Part shown: positions 26,698 through 37,251 of the stretch, in pieces
How positions within the stretch are numbered: the stretch's first letter is position 1
Layout of the letters: every line of letters starts with the position of its first letter
NCBI GenBank assembly: GCA_040755455.1
Contig: JBFMAY010000009.1
Location: forward strand, 1 to 56,858
Origin: Thermodesulfobacteriota bacterium
GTDB taxonomy: Bacteria > Desulfobacterota > Desulfobulbia > Desulfobulbales > SURF-16
Reading direction: 5' to 3'
Length of the DNA: 56,858 bases
Translations under genes and position numbers: made by a program
Notes under the pieces: generated by a model
Database searches by the model: none
Told to the model about the DNA's origin: nothing
What the model saw: only the letters and a program-made list of their open reading frames with translations

Positions 26698-28521
26698 TTA
26701 TTTGGCCCACCAGGTCATCAGCAGTTGAAAAGGTGTGTAATAAACGGGCAGAGTCTCCGGACGGGAAAATTTGTTCCAGAAGCCGAGCCGGTAGGTGGCA
26801 AGATACCAGTTGGGGATAAGGTAATGATTGTACCAGAGAACACGATCCAGCGCCTTGCAGGCAGCGGTCAGCTCCTCCTGGGTTTTGGCGTAGATGACGC
26901 TGTCCACCAGTTTGTCCACCACGGGATTTTTGATGCCGATGATATTGTGTGAGCCCTTCCGCTCTGCCGCCGCCGATGTCCAGTAATCGCGCTGCTCGTT
27001 GCCCGGGGACTGGGACTGGCCGAAGACCTCTACGGCCATGTCAAAGTCAAAGTTCTGCATGCGCTGCACATACAGTGCCTGGTCGATGGAGCGATAGGTG
27101 GCGTCTATCCCCAGTGTCTGCAGATTTTTGACAAAATCCGCCATGACCCGTTCAAAAGTGGAGGAGGAAAGCAGGATTTCAAAGGCAAACGGTTTGCCGT
27201 CCTTGTCAGTCAGTTTGCCGTTGTTGATCGTCCAGCCCGCGTCGGCAAGTAATTTCATCGCGATGCGGAGATTATTGCGCAGGGCCTGGGGGGAACCTGT
27301 CTTCACCGGGGTGATTGGGGTGGTGAAAACCTCGGCCGGGACCTGGTCCTTGAAAGGTTGCAGGAGTTCCAGTTCAAGGCCCTGGGGCAGGCCGGTGGCG
27401 GCAAGGTCGGAATTGCTGAAATAGCTTTGCGTCTGGGTATACTGGTCAAAGAAGAGGGTCGTGTTGGTTCGTTCAAAATCAAAGGCCATGCCAAGGGCCT
27501 GGCGGACGCGGATGTCCTGAAACAGCGGCCTGCGGATATTGAAGACAAAGGCCTGCATGCCCTGGTTGTTTTTGTGGGGGAAGAGTTCCTTGATGATTTT
27601 CGCGCTGTCAAATTGCGATCCCACCAGATCCCTTGCCCATTGCTTGGCGATGTTGAAATGCATGAAGTCAAAGTCGCCGGCCTTGAAGGCCTCCACCGCG
27701 ACGACCGGATCCTGGAAATATTTGAAGGTGATGGTGTCGAAGTTGAACATGCCCCGGCGGCAGGCGATATCATTGCCCCAGTAATCAGGATTTCTCTTGA
27801 AGGTGATGGACTTTCCCTGTTTGAAATCGCTGATGATGTAGGGACCGCTGCCCACTGGCGGGACCATGCCGGCCGCGGCAAACGGGTGTTTCTGGTAAAA
27901 CGCCTTGGAAAACACGGGAAGCTGGCCGGCTATCATGTGAATTTCACGATTCGGCCGGGCGAAATGGAAACGGATCTGCGAGGAACCGATGATTTCGGCC
28001 CGGCTGATGTTCTGATAATAGGAGGCAAAAAAGGGATGGGCATCCTGACTTTTCATGGTTTCCAGGGAAAACTTGACATCCTCCGGGGTAACCGGCGATC
28101 CATCGGAAAAACGCGCCTTTTCATTCAGGGTAAAGGTGACGGACATCCTGTCATCGGCAAGCTCGATATCCTTGGCGAGTAAAGCGTATTGGGCAAAGGG
28201 TTCGTCAAGGCTGGGAGAGGCCAGGGTTTCGAAGACAAGTTCGGCAATGCCCTCCGGCGGGTTGCCTTTCAGGGTGAAGGGATTCATTTTGTCAAAGCTG
28301 CCCAGGGCATGCAGGATGATATCCCCGCCCTTGGCCGCTTTGTCAGAGGTGTAGGCAAATCGCGCAAAGTCGGCCGGGTATTTCAATTTGCCGTCAATGC
28401 TTACTCCGTGCGCCGCCAGGGCCTTGCCGGGCAACAACCAGCATGGCGGGCCGGTGAGGAGCAATATTAAAACCAACAGGGAACAGGATCTTATTTTCAT
28501 ATTGAGAAACCTTTTATGCAT
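26698..28521 (-). CDS. yejA: Peptide ABC transporter substrate-binding protein (YejA)
   Basis: FDKMNPFTLKG, ARFSDGSPVT, SQSPGNEQ and ALDRVL motifs. Confidence 0.88.
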   Translation of the reverse strand: MHKRFLNMKIRSCSLLVLILLLTGPPCWLLPGKALAAHGVSIDGKLKYPADFARFAYTSDKAAKGGDIILHALGSFDKMNPFTLKGNPPEGIAELVFETLASPSLDEPFAQYALLAKDIELADDRMSVTFTLNEKARFSDGSPVTPEDVKFSLETMKSQDAHPFFASYYQNISRAEIIGSSQIRFHFARPNREIHMIAGQLPVFSKAFYQKHPFAAAGMVPPVGSGPYIISDFKQGKSITFKRNPDYWGNDIACRRGMFNFDTITFKYFQDPVVAVEAFKAGDFDFMHFNIAKQWARDLVGSQFDSAKIIKELFPHKNNQGMQAFVFNIRRPLFQDIRVRQALGMAFDFERTNTTLFFDQYTQTQSYFSNSDLAATGLPQGLELELLQPFKDQVPAEVFTTPITPVKTGSPQALRNNLRIAMKLLADAGWTINNGKLTDKDGKPFAFEILLSSSTFERVMADFVKNLQTLGIDATYRSIDQALYVQRMQNFDFDMAVEVFGQSQSPGNEQRDYWTSAAAERKGSHNIIGIKNPVVDKLVDSVIYAKTQEELTAACKALDRVLWYNHYLIPNWYLATYRLGFWNKFSRPETLPVYYTPFQLLMTWWAK

Positions 28522-28522
28522 T

Positions 28523-30205
28523 TCATGATTTTTTATTCAGCTGTAATTTTTTTACCAATGACAGGGAACAGGTCATGACATTGGCGAGCAGGGTGAGAAT
28601 ATCGGCGTCATGGTCGTTGAAGGGGCCTTGCTGTTTGTTGATCACTTCGGCAACGCCGATTATTTCACCATTGATATGCAGGGGAACGGCCAGAATATTG
28701 TGGATTTCCTCGCCGCCGGGATAGGAGTTTTCCCAGGCAAGATCGCCGATGGAGGACTTGATGACAAAGGCGGCCTTGGCATGGCGATAAACCCAGCCGG
28801 AAAGCCCTTTGTCAATGGGGATAGATCTGCCTTCGAGCTGCTCTTTGTGGGGTCCGCAATGAATGGCGATGAGCATTTCGTTTTTCCGGCGGTTGGCCAG
28901 CATGAGTGAGCCTGACTGGCTGTCGAGGAGCTCAACGGCCATTTCAATGATCTGGGCAAACACCCAGGGGTCATCATAAAGGTTTTGCGCCAAAAGCGCT
29001 ATCTGCAGCAGGGTGAGAAGCTCATCCTGGGTCAGTTTTCTGGTCAGCTGTTGCGGCAGTAATTGGGAGAGAAGCCCGGTGCGGAGGGCGCGGGGATCGA
29101 CGGCATTCATCTCCATGAGAATGCCTCCCAGGCGCGTTCGCACTTGCGTGCGGGATTGCAGCCAGTCAAGCAACTGTTCGCCGGCATCCTGCTCCGCCGG
29201 CTTTTCTGCCTCCAGAGGCTGAGCCGCTTTGCCCTGCCGCTGTCTGGTCAAGGCCTCGCTGAGGACCTCGGGGTCGACCAGGCTGAGTTCCTGCAGAATA
29301 TCGCCAAGTCTCTGCCATTGGACCCGGTTGCTTAAAAGTTGACCGGAAATATTGGCGGTGATGCTTTCAAAGTAGGGATTTCTGCCATCGGCGAAAAATG
29401 CGACAAGATAGTTGTCCATTCTGTTAAACAGTTTCAACCTCGGCAGGATAAAATTTTCATAAAATTCCGGGGTGGTGTTGAGCATTTCCTGAAAGGAATC
29501 GTAGACATGGACAGCACGTTGCCGGAGATTTTTTCTTCCTTCCGTGTCGTATGCCTCAAGAAATTCATCATGGAGATCATGGAGGCGCCGGACATAATTT
29601 ATATCGGCCATTTGGGCGATGAGATCTGCCGTGGCAACCATTTGGGCCATGGCCAGCTGCTGCTCGTTTTTGAATACGGTCATGTCGGGTTGTTGACCGA
29701 ATTCCGTGGCATCAATCATCCGGCAGATGAAGGTGATGTCTTTTTTACTCCATCTGTTTCTGCTAAGATAATTGTAAGCGAGATCCCGGCTGCGGCCGAC
29801 ATGGGAGAAGGTGTACTTGCCGCCTTTGCCCTGGGTGTCATTTTTTTCTTTCAGGTAGCCTGAGTCATGCAGGAGAGATGCGGCGATTCCAGCCAGAAAA
29901 ACGGACTTGGCAATGGTCCGGTCGGAATTGACCTTGTTCCAGCCGTATGTCATGCGGGCGGTGGCAAGGGCAACCGCAACGCTGTGATGCAGATTATGAT
30001 AACCGACCTGGCAGGCCTCAAATTCCGGCCACTCGCCGGCATAGAGGGCGGTCACGTCGCTGAAGAGTTTTGCCAGTTTTGCGTCAACCCGTCCGTATTG
30101 CCTGCGGCAAATGAAGTAAATCTGCTCAATCATGGCCTGCGGGGATGCATCAGATTGTTCAGGCGGCAGATTTGCTGGTAAAGGTCGATGCTTCTTTTTT
30201 TGCAT
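28523..30205 (-). CDS. HD phosphohydrolase-MshEN-GAF multidomain protein
   Basis: YHNLHH, LLHDSGY, H, TADL (HD); two RLGxxL motifs; GLSGWV...ILAVPL...EVINK (GAF). Confidence 0.8.
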   Translation of the reverse strand: MQKKKHRPLPANLPPEQSDASPQAMIEQIYFICRRQYGRVDAKLAKLFSDVTALYAGEWPEFEACQVGYHNLHHSVAVALATARMTYGWNKVNSDRTIAKSVFLAGIAASLLHDSGYLKEKNDTQGKGGKYTFSHVGRSRDLAYNYLSRNRWSKKDITFICRMIDATEFGQQPDMTVFKNEQQLAMAQMVATADLIAQMADINYVRRLHDLHDEFLEAYDTEGRKNLRQRAVHVYDSFQEMLNTTPEFYENFILPRLKLFNRMDNYLVAFFADGRNPYFESITANISGQLLSNRVQWQRLGDILQELSLVDPEVLSEALTRQRQGKAAQPLEAEKPAEQDAGEQLLDWLQSRTQVRTRLGGILMEMNAVDPRALRTGLLSQLLPQQLTRKLTQDELLTLLQIALLAQNLYDDPWVFAQIIEMAVELLDSQSGSLMLANRRKNEMLIAIHCGPHKEQLEGRSIPIDKGLSGWVYRHAKAAFVIKSSIGDLAWENSYPGGEEIHNILAVPLHINGEIIGVAEVINKQQGPFNDHDADILTLLANVMTCSLSLVKKLQLNKKS

Positions 30206-30399
30206 GCGAAATTTGGCTGTAAAATAGCTGATAAAAGAGTATTAAATGACAATTTATTGATTTTTATAGCATATTATTGGCAGGATACAAACTATAAAAA
30301 AATTGATTAACTTTACCGTATCTATTAATGTTGCAATCTTGCTTATTCTGGTCTGCTGGATCGGAATTTTTTACTGTTTCATTTGGAGGAAAAGAGACA

Positions 30400-31683
30400 A
30401 TGGGTAAAACCATCACGGAGAAAATTTTTGCGGCCCACAAAAGGGACGTTCCCTCGGATAGTAATGTGGTGCTTGATATAGATGTGGTCATGTGCCATGA
30501 GATTACCACCCCCATCGCGGTCAATGATCTGAAGGCGCGGGGCATGGACAGGGTTTTTGACCCGAAGAAGATCAAGGTGGTGATCGACCATGTCACCCCG
30601 TCCAAGGATTCGAAAACCGCCACCCAGGCCAAAATTTTACGTGACTGGGCCAGACGCAACAATATCAATGACTTCTTTGATGTCGGGGCAAACGGCGTCT
30701 GCCATGCCCTGTTCCCGGAAAAAGGCTTCATCCGCCCCGGCTACACGGTGATCATGGGCGACTCGCATACCTGCACCCACGGGGCCTTCGGCGCCTTTGC
30801 CGCGGGCATCGGCACCACGGACCTGGAGGTCGGCATTCTCAAGGGGGTCTGCTCTTTCCGTCTGCCGGAAACGATGAAGATCACAATCACCGGAAATCTT
30901 GCCAAGGGGGTGTATGCCAAGGATGTCATCCTCAAGATCATCAAGGAGCTGACCGTAAACGGCGCCACCGACAAGGTGATGGAGTTCTGCGGCCCGGTGG
31001 TGGACAGCATGAGCATGGAGTCCCGCATGACCCTGTGCAACATGGCCATCGAGGCCGGCGCCACCTGCGGGGTGTGCCTGCCTGACCGGATTACCGCCGA
31101 GTACCTGTGGCCCTTTATCCAGGATGAGTATAAGGATATCGATGCCGCAGTGGAGGATTTCCGCAAGTGGCATTCCGATGCCGGCGCCCGATATGTGTCG
31201 GAAAAGACCTTTGACGTATCACGCCTCGTGCCCCAGGTGACTTACGGTTTCAAACCGGATGAGGTCAAGGATATTACCGATATGGCAGGGACAAAGGTCG
31301 ACCAGGTTTACATGGGGTCCTGCACCAACGGCCGTATTGAAGATCTGCGGGCTGGGGCGGCAATTCTCCAGGGCCGGAAAATCGCCGGCAATGTGCGGGC
31401 CATTCTTTCACCGGCCACCCCGAAGGTTTATAGCCAGGCCATGGAAGAGGGTCTTATCAAAATTTACATGGACGCCGGTTTCTGTGTGACCAACCCCACC
31501 TGCGGCGCCTGTCTGGGCATGAGCAACGGCGTGCTGGCCGCCGGCGAGGTTTGCGCCTCCACGACCAACCGCAATTTCAATGGACGCATGGGCAAGGGCG
31601 GCATGGTTCACCTGATGAGCCCGGTGAGTGCAGCAGCGGCGGCGCTGAAAGGTTCTATCGTTGATCCCAGGGAAATGATGTGA
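30400..31683 (+). CDS. leuC: 3-isopropylmalate dehydratase large subunit
   Basis: DSHTCTHGA, GSCTNGR, CGACLG, STTNRNF; GGAGG RBS. Confidence 0.95.
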   Translation: MGKTITEKIFAAHKRDVPSDSNVVLDIDVVMCHEITTPIAVNDLKARGMDRVFDPKKIKVVIDHVTPSKDSKTATQAKILRDWARRNNINDFFDVGANGVCHALFPEKGFIRPGYTVIMGDSHTCTHGAFGAFAAGIGTTDLEVGILKGVCSFRLPETMKITITGNLAKGVYAKDVILKIIKELTVNGATDKVMEFCGPVVDSMSMESRMTLCNMAIEAGATCGVCLPDRITAEYLWPFIQDEYKDIDAAVEDFRKWHSDAGARYVSEKTFDVSRLVPQVTYGFKPDEVKDITDMAGTKVDQVYMGSCTNGRIEDLRAGAAILQGRKIAGNVRAILSPATPKVYSQAMEEGLIKIYMDAGFCVTNPTCGACLGMSNGVLAAGEVCASTTNRNFNGRMGKGGMVHLMSPVSAAAAALKGSIVDPREMM

Positions 31684-31873
31684 TTGGGGGTTGCGGAATG
31701 CGGATTGTGGAGGGAAGGGCAGTTTTCAAACCCTCGATCCGTAATTACAAATTCGCAGTCACTAAAAAGAACTTTTTACAAAACCATTAAAAATATCCGG
31801 ATGGTGGAATTTGCATGAAGGATTGCAGGGGGAGTTTTTTAAAATCCGCAATCCGCAATCCCTAATCCGCAAT
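31682..31873. repeat. Heptamer inverted tandem repeats in the leuC-leuD spacer
   Basis: GATTGGG-GGTTGCG-GAATGCG-GATTGTG facing AATCCGC-AATCCGC-AATCCCT-AATCCGC. Confidence 0.7.
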
Positions 31874-31887
31874 TACACGAGGTTGTT

Positions 31888-32403
31888 ATGAAGACATTCG
31901 GCGGTCCGGTCCTTTTTCTGGACAGAAACGATATCAATACAGATGAGATCATTCCGGCTAAGTATCTGACGGAAAATTCCAAAGAGGCATTAAAGCCCTT
32001 TATCCTTGAAGACCTGAAACTGCCGGGATTTGCTCCGCTTGCTGATACGAAAGGGGCGGGAGTCATCGTCACCCGTTCCAATTTCGGCTGCGGCTCATCC
32101 AGGGAGCACGCTGTGTGGGTTTTTGAGGTCAACGACATCAATGTGGTTATTGCCGAGAGCTTTGCCAGAATTTTCCGGCAGAATATGTTTAACTGCGGCA
32201 TGCTGGCTATTGAGCTGCCGGGAAAAGATATTGATGCGCTTTTTGCCCTTGGGCCAAAGGTAACTGTCTCTGTTGATATGGCTAATGAAACGCTTACCGG
32301 CCGGGGAACAAGGGAAATCACCTGCAAATTCACCCTTAATTCTTTTGATAAGGACCTTGTGCTGTCAGGTGGCTGGCTGGCTTATGCGGATAAAAAATAT
32401 TAA
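31888..32403 (+). CDS. leuD: 3-isopropylmalate dehydratase small subunit
   Basis: DINTDEIIPA, NFGCGSSREHA and SFARIF motifs. Confidence 0.95.
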   Translation: MKTFGGPVLFLDRNDINTDEIIPAKYLTENSKEALKPFILEDLKLPGFAPLADTKGAGVIVTRSNFGCGSSREHAVWVFEVNDINVVIAESFARIFRQNMFNCGMLAIELPGKDIDALFALGPKVTVSVDMANETLTGRGTREITCKFTLNSFDKDLVLSGGWLAYADKKY

Positions 32404-32717
32404 TCCGTTATCCGCAAAAAGCTCTCGTTGGGCGCTGTATTTTTTGTCAGGATTTCTCGATTTACTTGACAGGCCTAAATGATTGCATTCAACATGATAT
32501 AAAACGAAGTTGGCAAGGTTGGGGATGGAAAAAGAAACCGTTTATTGAGCTTTTTCACTGGTTGTTTTCCATTTTTCTGGAACAATTATTCAGTAATTCC
32601 AGAAAAATGGATGATTTTGGTCGGTTTTATTGCGCCTGCCGTTGCCAGATTCTGCCGCTGAATAACTTACCCCTTGAAATAAAAGGCGTTTTTGTTTTGT
32701 TTTGCGATTGCACTATG

Positions 32718-32733
32718 TGGCACATGATTTGCT
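32718..32733 (+). promoter_or_regulatory. sigma54 promoter
   Basis: TGGCACATGATTTGCT, a near-perfect match to consensus. Confidence 0.8.
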
Positions 32734-32828
32734 GTCGTTTTTTCTTTAGGTTCCAGTAGTCTCAATGCGCCACATTTTCCCGACTCCAGGATGACGGATT
32801 TGGAAAAATATGAAAGGGAGGGGTTGAG

Positions 32829-33554
32829 GTGAATAAGAAAACAACATTTGGCATTGCTGGAATTCTTTCTTCGGCAGTCATCGCTGCTTCCAGTATCACG
32901 GCAATGGCCGCCGATGTCGATGTGTATGCCGAGGGCGCCTATACAGATACTGATCTGGTAGTCTATATCTATGCGGACATCAATTCAGCCCCTTTGGTCA
33001 GCGCCGGGGTAAAGTTGACCTATGATAATAGCAAGCTGACGCTTGCCTCTGCGCAAAAGAATGATACGGACTGGTATTTCGGCACTTCCGCATTAAAGTA
33101 CCCTTATCAGGATCCCCAGAACACCGGCAGCTCGGTGGTCTTTATCTGCGGCAAGATTGATGAAAGTGCTCCCACTGCCGGGGTCACAGGCACAAGGAAG
33201 CTGATCGGTAAAGCGACTTTCACCAGAACAGAAAGCGCAGCGCCCGGAACTTCTCCTGAAACGTACTTCGGTGCTGTTCTCGAACTTGGTGTCACACGGA
33301 CGGATGGTGGTGAGTTTGCCAACTTCGTCACTACCGGCGAAGCGGTGCTTGATGATGGCGGGGTTTCCTACACGGTAAAAATCCGTCAACGTGGCGATGC
33401 GAATGCTGATGGACTCATAAATATACAGGATATAACCGCAGTCAAGTATTATACTCAGCATGGCGGTCCACTGTATCCTTGGATAGATTGCAATGGAGAT
33501 GGTGTTGTCAATGTCCAGGACATGACTTGCGTCAAATATGAAATGACAAATTAA
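32829..33554 (+). CDS. Exported cohesin-like + dockerin domain protein
   Basis: Signal peptide ending AMA; SAGVKLTYDNSKL (cohesin-like); GDANADGLINIQD...DCNGDGVVNVQD (dockerin repeat). Confidence 0.8.
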   Translation: MNKKTTFGIAGILSSAVIAASSITAMAADVDVYAEGAYTDTDLVVYIYADINSAPLVSAGVKLTYDNSKLTLASAQKNDTDWYFGTSALKYPYQDPQNTGSSVVFICGKIDESAPTAGVTGTRKLIGKATFTRTESAAPGTSPETYFGAVLELGVTRTDGGEFANFVTTGEAVLDDGGVSYTVKIRQRGDANADGLINIQDITAVKYYTQHGGPLYPWIDCNGDGVVNVQDMTCVKYEMTN

Positions 33555-33573
33555 TAAGTTACGGGAGACTATC

Positions 33574-34101
33574 ATGAGAAAAATTGCAGTATTTATTGCC
33601 GCGGCTTTTTTGGTTTTCTATTCGAATTTGGCCAGGGCCTACACCGTTGAATTCAACGTAGATAGTTCTCTCGCTTTAAATGAAATTACAGGGTTTGAGT
33701 TTGATGTTGTCGGGGTTGATGCCAATACATTAGAATTAACAAGAGGGGCAGCTGTTCCGCCTGCTCTCACAGCAACTTTTCCGTGGGATGTTTTTCCAAC
33801 TATTGCTAATACTATCTCCGGAATTGATATGTCTTTCGGGTCATTCCCATTGAGCGCTGGCAACGTGCTGACCATGACGAGCGCCTCAACGTTCACCCTT
33901 GGGAATTTCATTTTTGCAAGTCTTACCTCAGATGGGGCATATCCTTACCCTTTCTTTATTAATGAGTCTCCAATCAGCGGCGGCATGGCCTATACAGCAT
34001 CTGCTACTCAGGATGTCCCCGCTGTACCAGTCCCTGCTGCAGTATGGCTTCTCAGTTCTGGTTTAGCCGGCTTAGTTGCCATGAGACGTAAAAAAAGCTA
34101 A
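33574..34101 (+). CDS. PEP-CTERM (VPxPA variant) sorting domain protein
   Basis: Signal peptide; C-terminal VPVPAAVWLLSSGLAGLVAMRRKKS. Confidence 0.88.
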   Translation: MRKIAVFIAAAFLVFYSNLARAYTVEFNVDSSLALNEITGFEFDVVGVDANTLELTRGAAVPPALTATFPWDVFPTIANTISGIDMSFGSFPLSAGNVLTMTSASTFTLGNFIFASLTSDGAYPYPFFINESPISGGMAYTASATQDVPAVPVPAAVWLLSSGLAGLVAMRRKKS

Positions 34102-34129
34102 TTTCCCTTTTGGCAATTAAAAAATATTT

Positions 34130-34169
34130 ATCCCGTCGGACGGTGGTATCGTTTGACGGGATTTTTTTT
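34130..34169 (+). terminator. Intrinsic terminator
   Basis: ATCCCGTC...GACGGGAT followed by a T-run. Confidence 0.8.
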
Positions 34170-34238
34170 CCAAAAAAGGAATAATATTTTACTATTATAT
34201 TTTCTGCCGATTAAAGCGTTTTCATGAAAATAGATTAA

Positions 34239-35567
34239 ATGGCATTTACCGTACAAATAGAAAAACTGGTCATCGGCGGCAGCGGCTTAGGGCGCCTGCC
34301 GGACGGCAAGGTGGCGCTCGTTCCTTATGTCCTCCCCGGAGAGGAAGTAGAACTCCGGCCGGTCAGTCAAAAAAATAATTATGTGGAGGCGCGGGCGGTA
34401 AAAGTTTTGCAACCATCCGCAGATCGGGTTGATCCTCCCTGTCCATACTTTCCCCAATGTGGGGGCTGTGATTTCCAGCATGTCCGTTCCGAAAGCCAGG
34501 GGGAGGTGAAAAACCGGATTTTGCTTGAGCAGCTTGAGCGCTCCGGCTTGCAACAAGACAGCAGGTCATTTCTGCTTCCACCTTTGCCTTCGCCGACAGC
34601 ATTTCATTACCGGCAGCGTATCAGGCTGCATGTGGGAAAAGATGGAGAGCTCGGCTTTCACCGCAGTCAATCCCATGAGGTGAAGCCCATCAGCGCCTGC
34701 CTTCTGGCCAGGCCACAGCTGAACGACGTTCTCGATTATCTGATCAATAAGTCGCCGTTTGCCAAGGTTGCTGCCTTGACCACCTCTGTCGAACTGCTGT
34801 TGAGCCCTGCCGAAGATCTCGTCGTTATTCTTTTGCATATGTCCAGAAGACCAAGGCCTGCTGAACGCAAAGTCCTTGAGGAACTCGCTGGGGGGGACTG
34901 CAAGATAAAAAATGTGGTCGTTGCGGCGATAGGTTCGGGAGTGGCTGATGTTTTTCCCGGCGACAAAACCGGTGCTGAGCAGCCCCTGCTCTATTTTTCC
35001 CATGCGTTGCCGGCTGGAGACAGCCTCAGGATGACCATTGAGACGGGTGGTTTCTGTCAGGTCAACTCAGAGCAGAATGAGCAGCTTATTGCCCTGGTGA
35101 TGGAATGGGCAATGGTTGATGCCGGGCACAAGGTTCTTGATCTCTTCTGCGGAATGGGGAATTTTTCCCTGCCCATCGCCCGGCAGGCCAAATCGGTTAC
35201 CGGCATGGACCTGCAGCGCTCAGCCATCCGCAGTGCCATCCGCAATGCGGAGATAAACGGCATGGTAAACTGCGTTTTTTCACAGAATTCAGCCCTTGTA
35301 GGGGTAAAAAGCCTTGCCGCAGGCAGGGAAAAATTTGATATTGCCCTGCTTGATCCGCCGCGGCAGGGATGTGCTGAAGTCATCCCTTATCTGCCGGGAA
35401 TCGGGGTGGCGCAGATCATCTATATCTCCTGCGATCCGGCGACATTGTGCCGTGATCTGCTCCTTCTTGCAAGGGAAGGGTACGAGGTGGAAAAGATGAA
35501 AATGGTGGATATGTTTCCCCAAACCCATCATCTCGAAACCGTTGTTGCTCTCCGTCGTTCCCGTTAA
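34239..35567 (+). CDS. rlmD: RlmD/TrmA-family RNA m5U methyltransferase
   Basis: TRAM domain, CPYFPQCGGC, LDLFCGMG, LDPPRQG, YISCDP and DMFPQTHHLE motifs. Confidence 0.85.
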   Translation: MAFTVQIEKLVIGGSGLGRLPDGKVALVPYVLPGEEVELRPVSQKNNYVEARAVKVLQPSADRVDPPCPYFPQCGGCDFQHVRSESQGEVKNRILLEQLERSGLQQDSRSFLLPPLPSPTAFHYRQRIRLHVGKDGELGFHRSQSHEVKPISACLLARPQLNDVLDYLINKSPFAKVAALTTSVELLLSPAEDLVVILLHMSRRPRPAERKVLEELAGGDCKIKNVVVAAIGSGVADVFPGDKTGAEQPLLYFSHALPAGDSLRMTIETGGFCQVNSEQNEQLIALVMEWAMVDAGHKVLDLFCGMGNFSLPIARQAKSVTGMDLQRSAIRSAIRNAEINGMVNCVFSQNSALVGVKSLAAGREKFDIALLDPPRQGCAEVIPYLPGIGVAQIIYISCDPATLCRDLLLLAREGYEVEKMKMVDMFPQTHHLETVVALRRSR

Positions 35568-36745
35568 CGCTGGGCAGCCTGCTGCAGATAAAGAAGAGCG
35601 CAGCGGGCCAGGAATTCGGCGCCGATGGGCAGAACCCGTTCATCAAAATCAAAGGTGGAACTGTGGGCATTGGCATTGGGAAGGTCATCGCGTCTGGCGC
35701 CGAACCGAACAAAGCAGCCCGGGACGTGTTTGAGGTAAAAAGAAAAATCCTCGCCGCCAAGACTCGGATATGGCTGACTTTTCACCCCGCTTTCTCCTAC
35801 CGTCTGCCGGGCGGCCTCTCTCGCCACCTCGGAGGAGACCGGGTCATTGACTACAGGGGGGTAGCCGGCGGTTAATGTTAATTGTGTTTCAGCATGGTAC
35901 AGATCCTGAACACCCACAACCATCCGGCGCAGACTGGTGAAAATCTTTTCCCGCGCCTCGGGATGGGTAGTGCGGATGGTGCCTTCCAGCACAACCTGGT
36001 CGGCAATGACATTTGAGGCGGTGCCGCCGTTGATTTTGCCGACCGTGACCACCGCCGGGTAAACCGGATTCGTTTCCCTGGAAACCAGGGTCTGGATGCT
36101 TGCCACCAGAAAAGAGGCGGCCACAATGCAGTCAATGCTTTCATGGGGTTTGGCCGCATGCCCTCCCGGGCCGCGGATGATAATTGTAAATTCATCGGTA
36201 AAAGCACAGATGAGTCCGGGTTGCACGGAGATTTCGCCAACCGCGTAATGACGCTCAATATGGCCGCCAAAGATGGCGTCAACTCCCGCAAGTACTCCCG
36301 CGGCGATCATTTTTTCCGCTCCGCCGTTATCCTCTTCGGCCGGTTGAAAGAGCAGAACGATTTGCCCCGGCAGTTGGGACTGTCTTTGTAAAAGAGCTGC
36401 GGCGCCAAGAAGCATGGCCATGTGTCCGTCATGGCCGCAGGCATGCATGACACCCGGATTTTGCGAGGAGAAGGGCAGTCCTGTTTTTTCCGTGATAGGC
36501 AGGGCGTCCATATCGGCGCGCAGCGCGACAGTCTTTGTGCCGTGTTTCCTTTCGCCGATGAAGGCTACGATACCTGTACCGGCTACTCCTTTTTTATGGG
36601 AGATGGCTAGCTCATCAAGTTTTCCGGCCACAAACTCCGCGGTGCGGAATTCCTGCAAGGAGAGTTCCGGATGCTGATGAATTGCCCTGCGGATAGCAGT
36701 CATCCATGTAACCAGTTGATCGTCGGGCTTGAGAGCGTCTGTCAT
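35564..36745 (-). CDS. M20 family amidohydrolase
   Basis: [28 protein letters not shown] and GEDFS motifs. Confidence 0.92.
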   Translation of the reverse strand: MTDALKPDDQLVTWMTAIRRAIHQHPELSLQEFRTAEFVAGKLDELAISHKKGVAGTGIVAFIGERKHGTKTVALRADMDALPITEKTGLPFSSQNPGVMHACGHDGHMAMLLGAAALLQRQSQLPGQIVLLFQPAEEDNGGAEKMIAAGVLAGVDAIFGGHIERHYAVGEISVQPGLICAFTDEFTIIIRGPGGHAAKPHESIDCIVAASFLVASIQTLVSRETNPVYPAVVTVGKINGGTASNVIADQVVLEGTIRTTHPEAREKIFTSLRRMVVGVQDLYHAETQLTLTAGYPPVVNDPVSSEVAREAARQTVGESGVKSQPYPSLGGEDFSFYLKHVPGCFVRFGARRDDLPNANAHSSTFDFDERVLPIGAEFLARCALLYLQQAAQR

Positions 36746-37251
36746 GGCAAGGCTTCCTCGTAGGCTTTTTTTGTATCACTGGTAAAACAGACGAAGATGA
36801 CCTGTGTTAAAAAGGCAATGCGCTCTGCGGCGATAAGCGTTTCCCGCACGGCAATCCTTGCCGCCTCCTTTATCGGAAAGCCGTAGGCGCCGGTGCTGAT
36901 GGCCGGAAAGGCGATGGTTGCCAGGTGCAGGGCTTCTACGATTTTAAAGGTGTTGCGGTAACATTCGCCCAGGAGATGCGCTTCGTCATGATTACCGCCG
37001 CGCCAGATCGGGCCGACCGTGTGGATGACAAAACGGGCGGGAAGGTTATAGCCTGTGGTGATCTTTGCCTCGCCTGTGCGGCACCCGTGTAACGTCCGGC
37101 ACTCTGCCAGCAGCTCAGGCCCGGCGGCGCGATGGATTGCTCCGTCAACCCCGCCTCCCCCCAGCAGTGAACTGTTGGCAGCATTGACAATGGCATCAAC
37201 TGCCAAGGTGGTGATGTCTGCCTCAACCAGACTGATGATCCCTTTTCTCAT
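36742..37251 (-). CDS. Macrodomain O-acetyl-ADP-ribose deacetylase (YmdB/MacroD-like)
   Basis: [44 protein letters not shown] before ATG 37251. Confidence 0.92.
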   Translation of the reverse strand: MRKGIISLVEADITTLAVDAIVNAANSSLLGGGGVDGAIHRAAGPELLAECRTLHGCRTGEAKITTGYNLPARFVIHTVGPIWRGGNHDEAHLLGECYRNTFKIVEALHLATIAFPAISTGAYGFPIKEAARIAVRETLIAAERIAFLTQVIFVCFTSDTKKAYEEALP

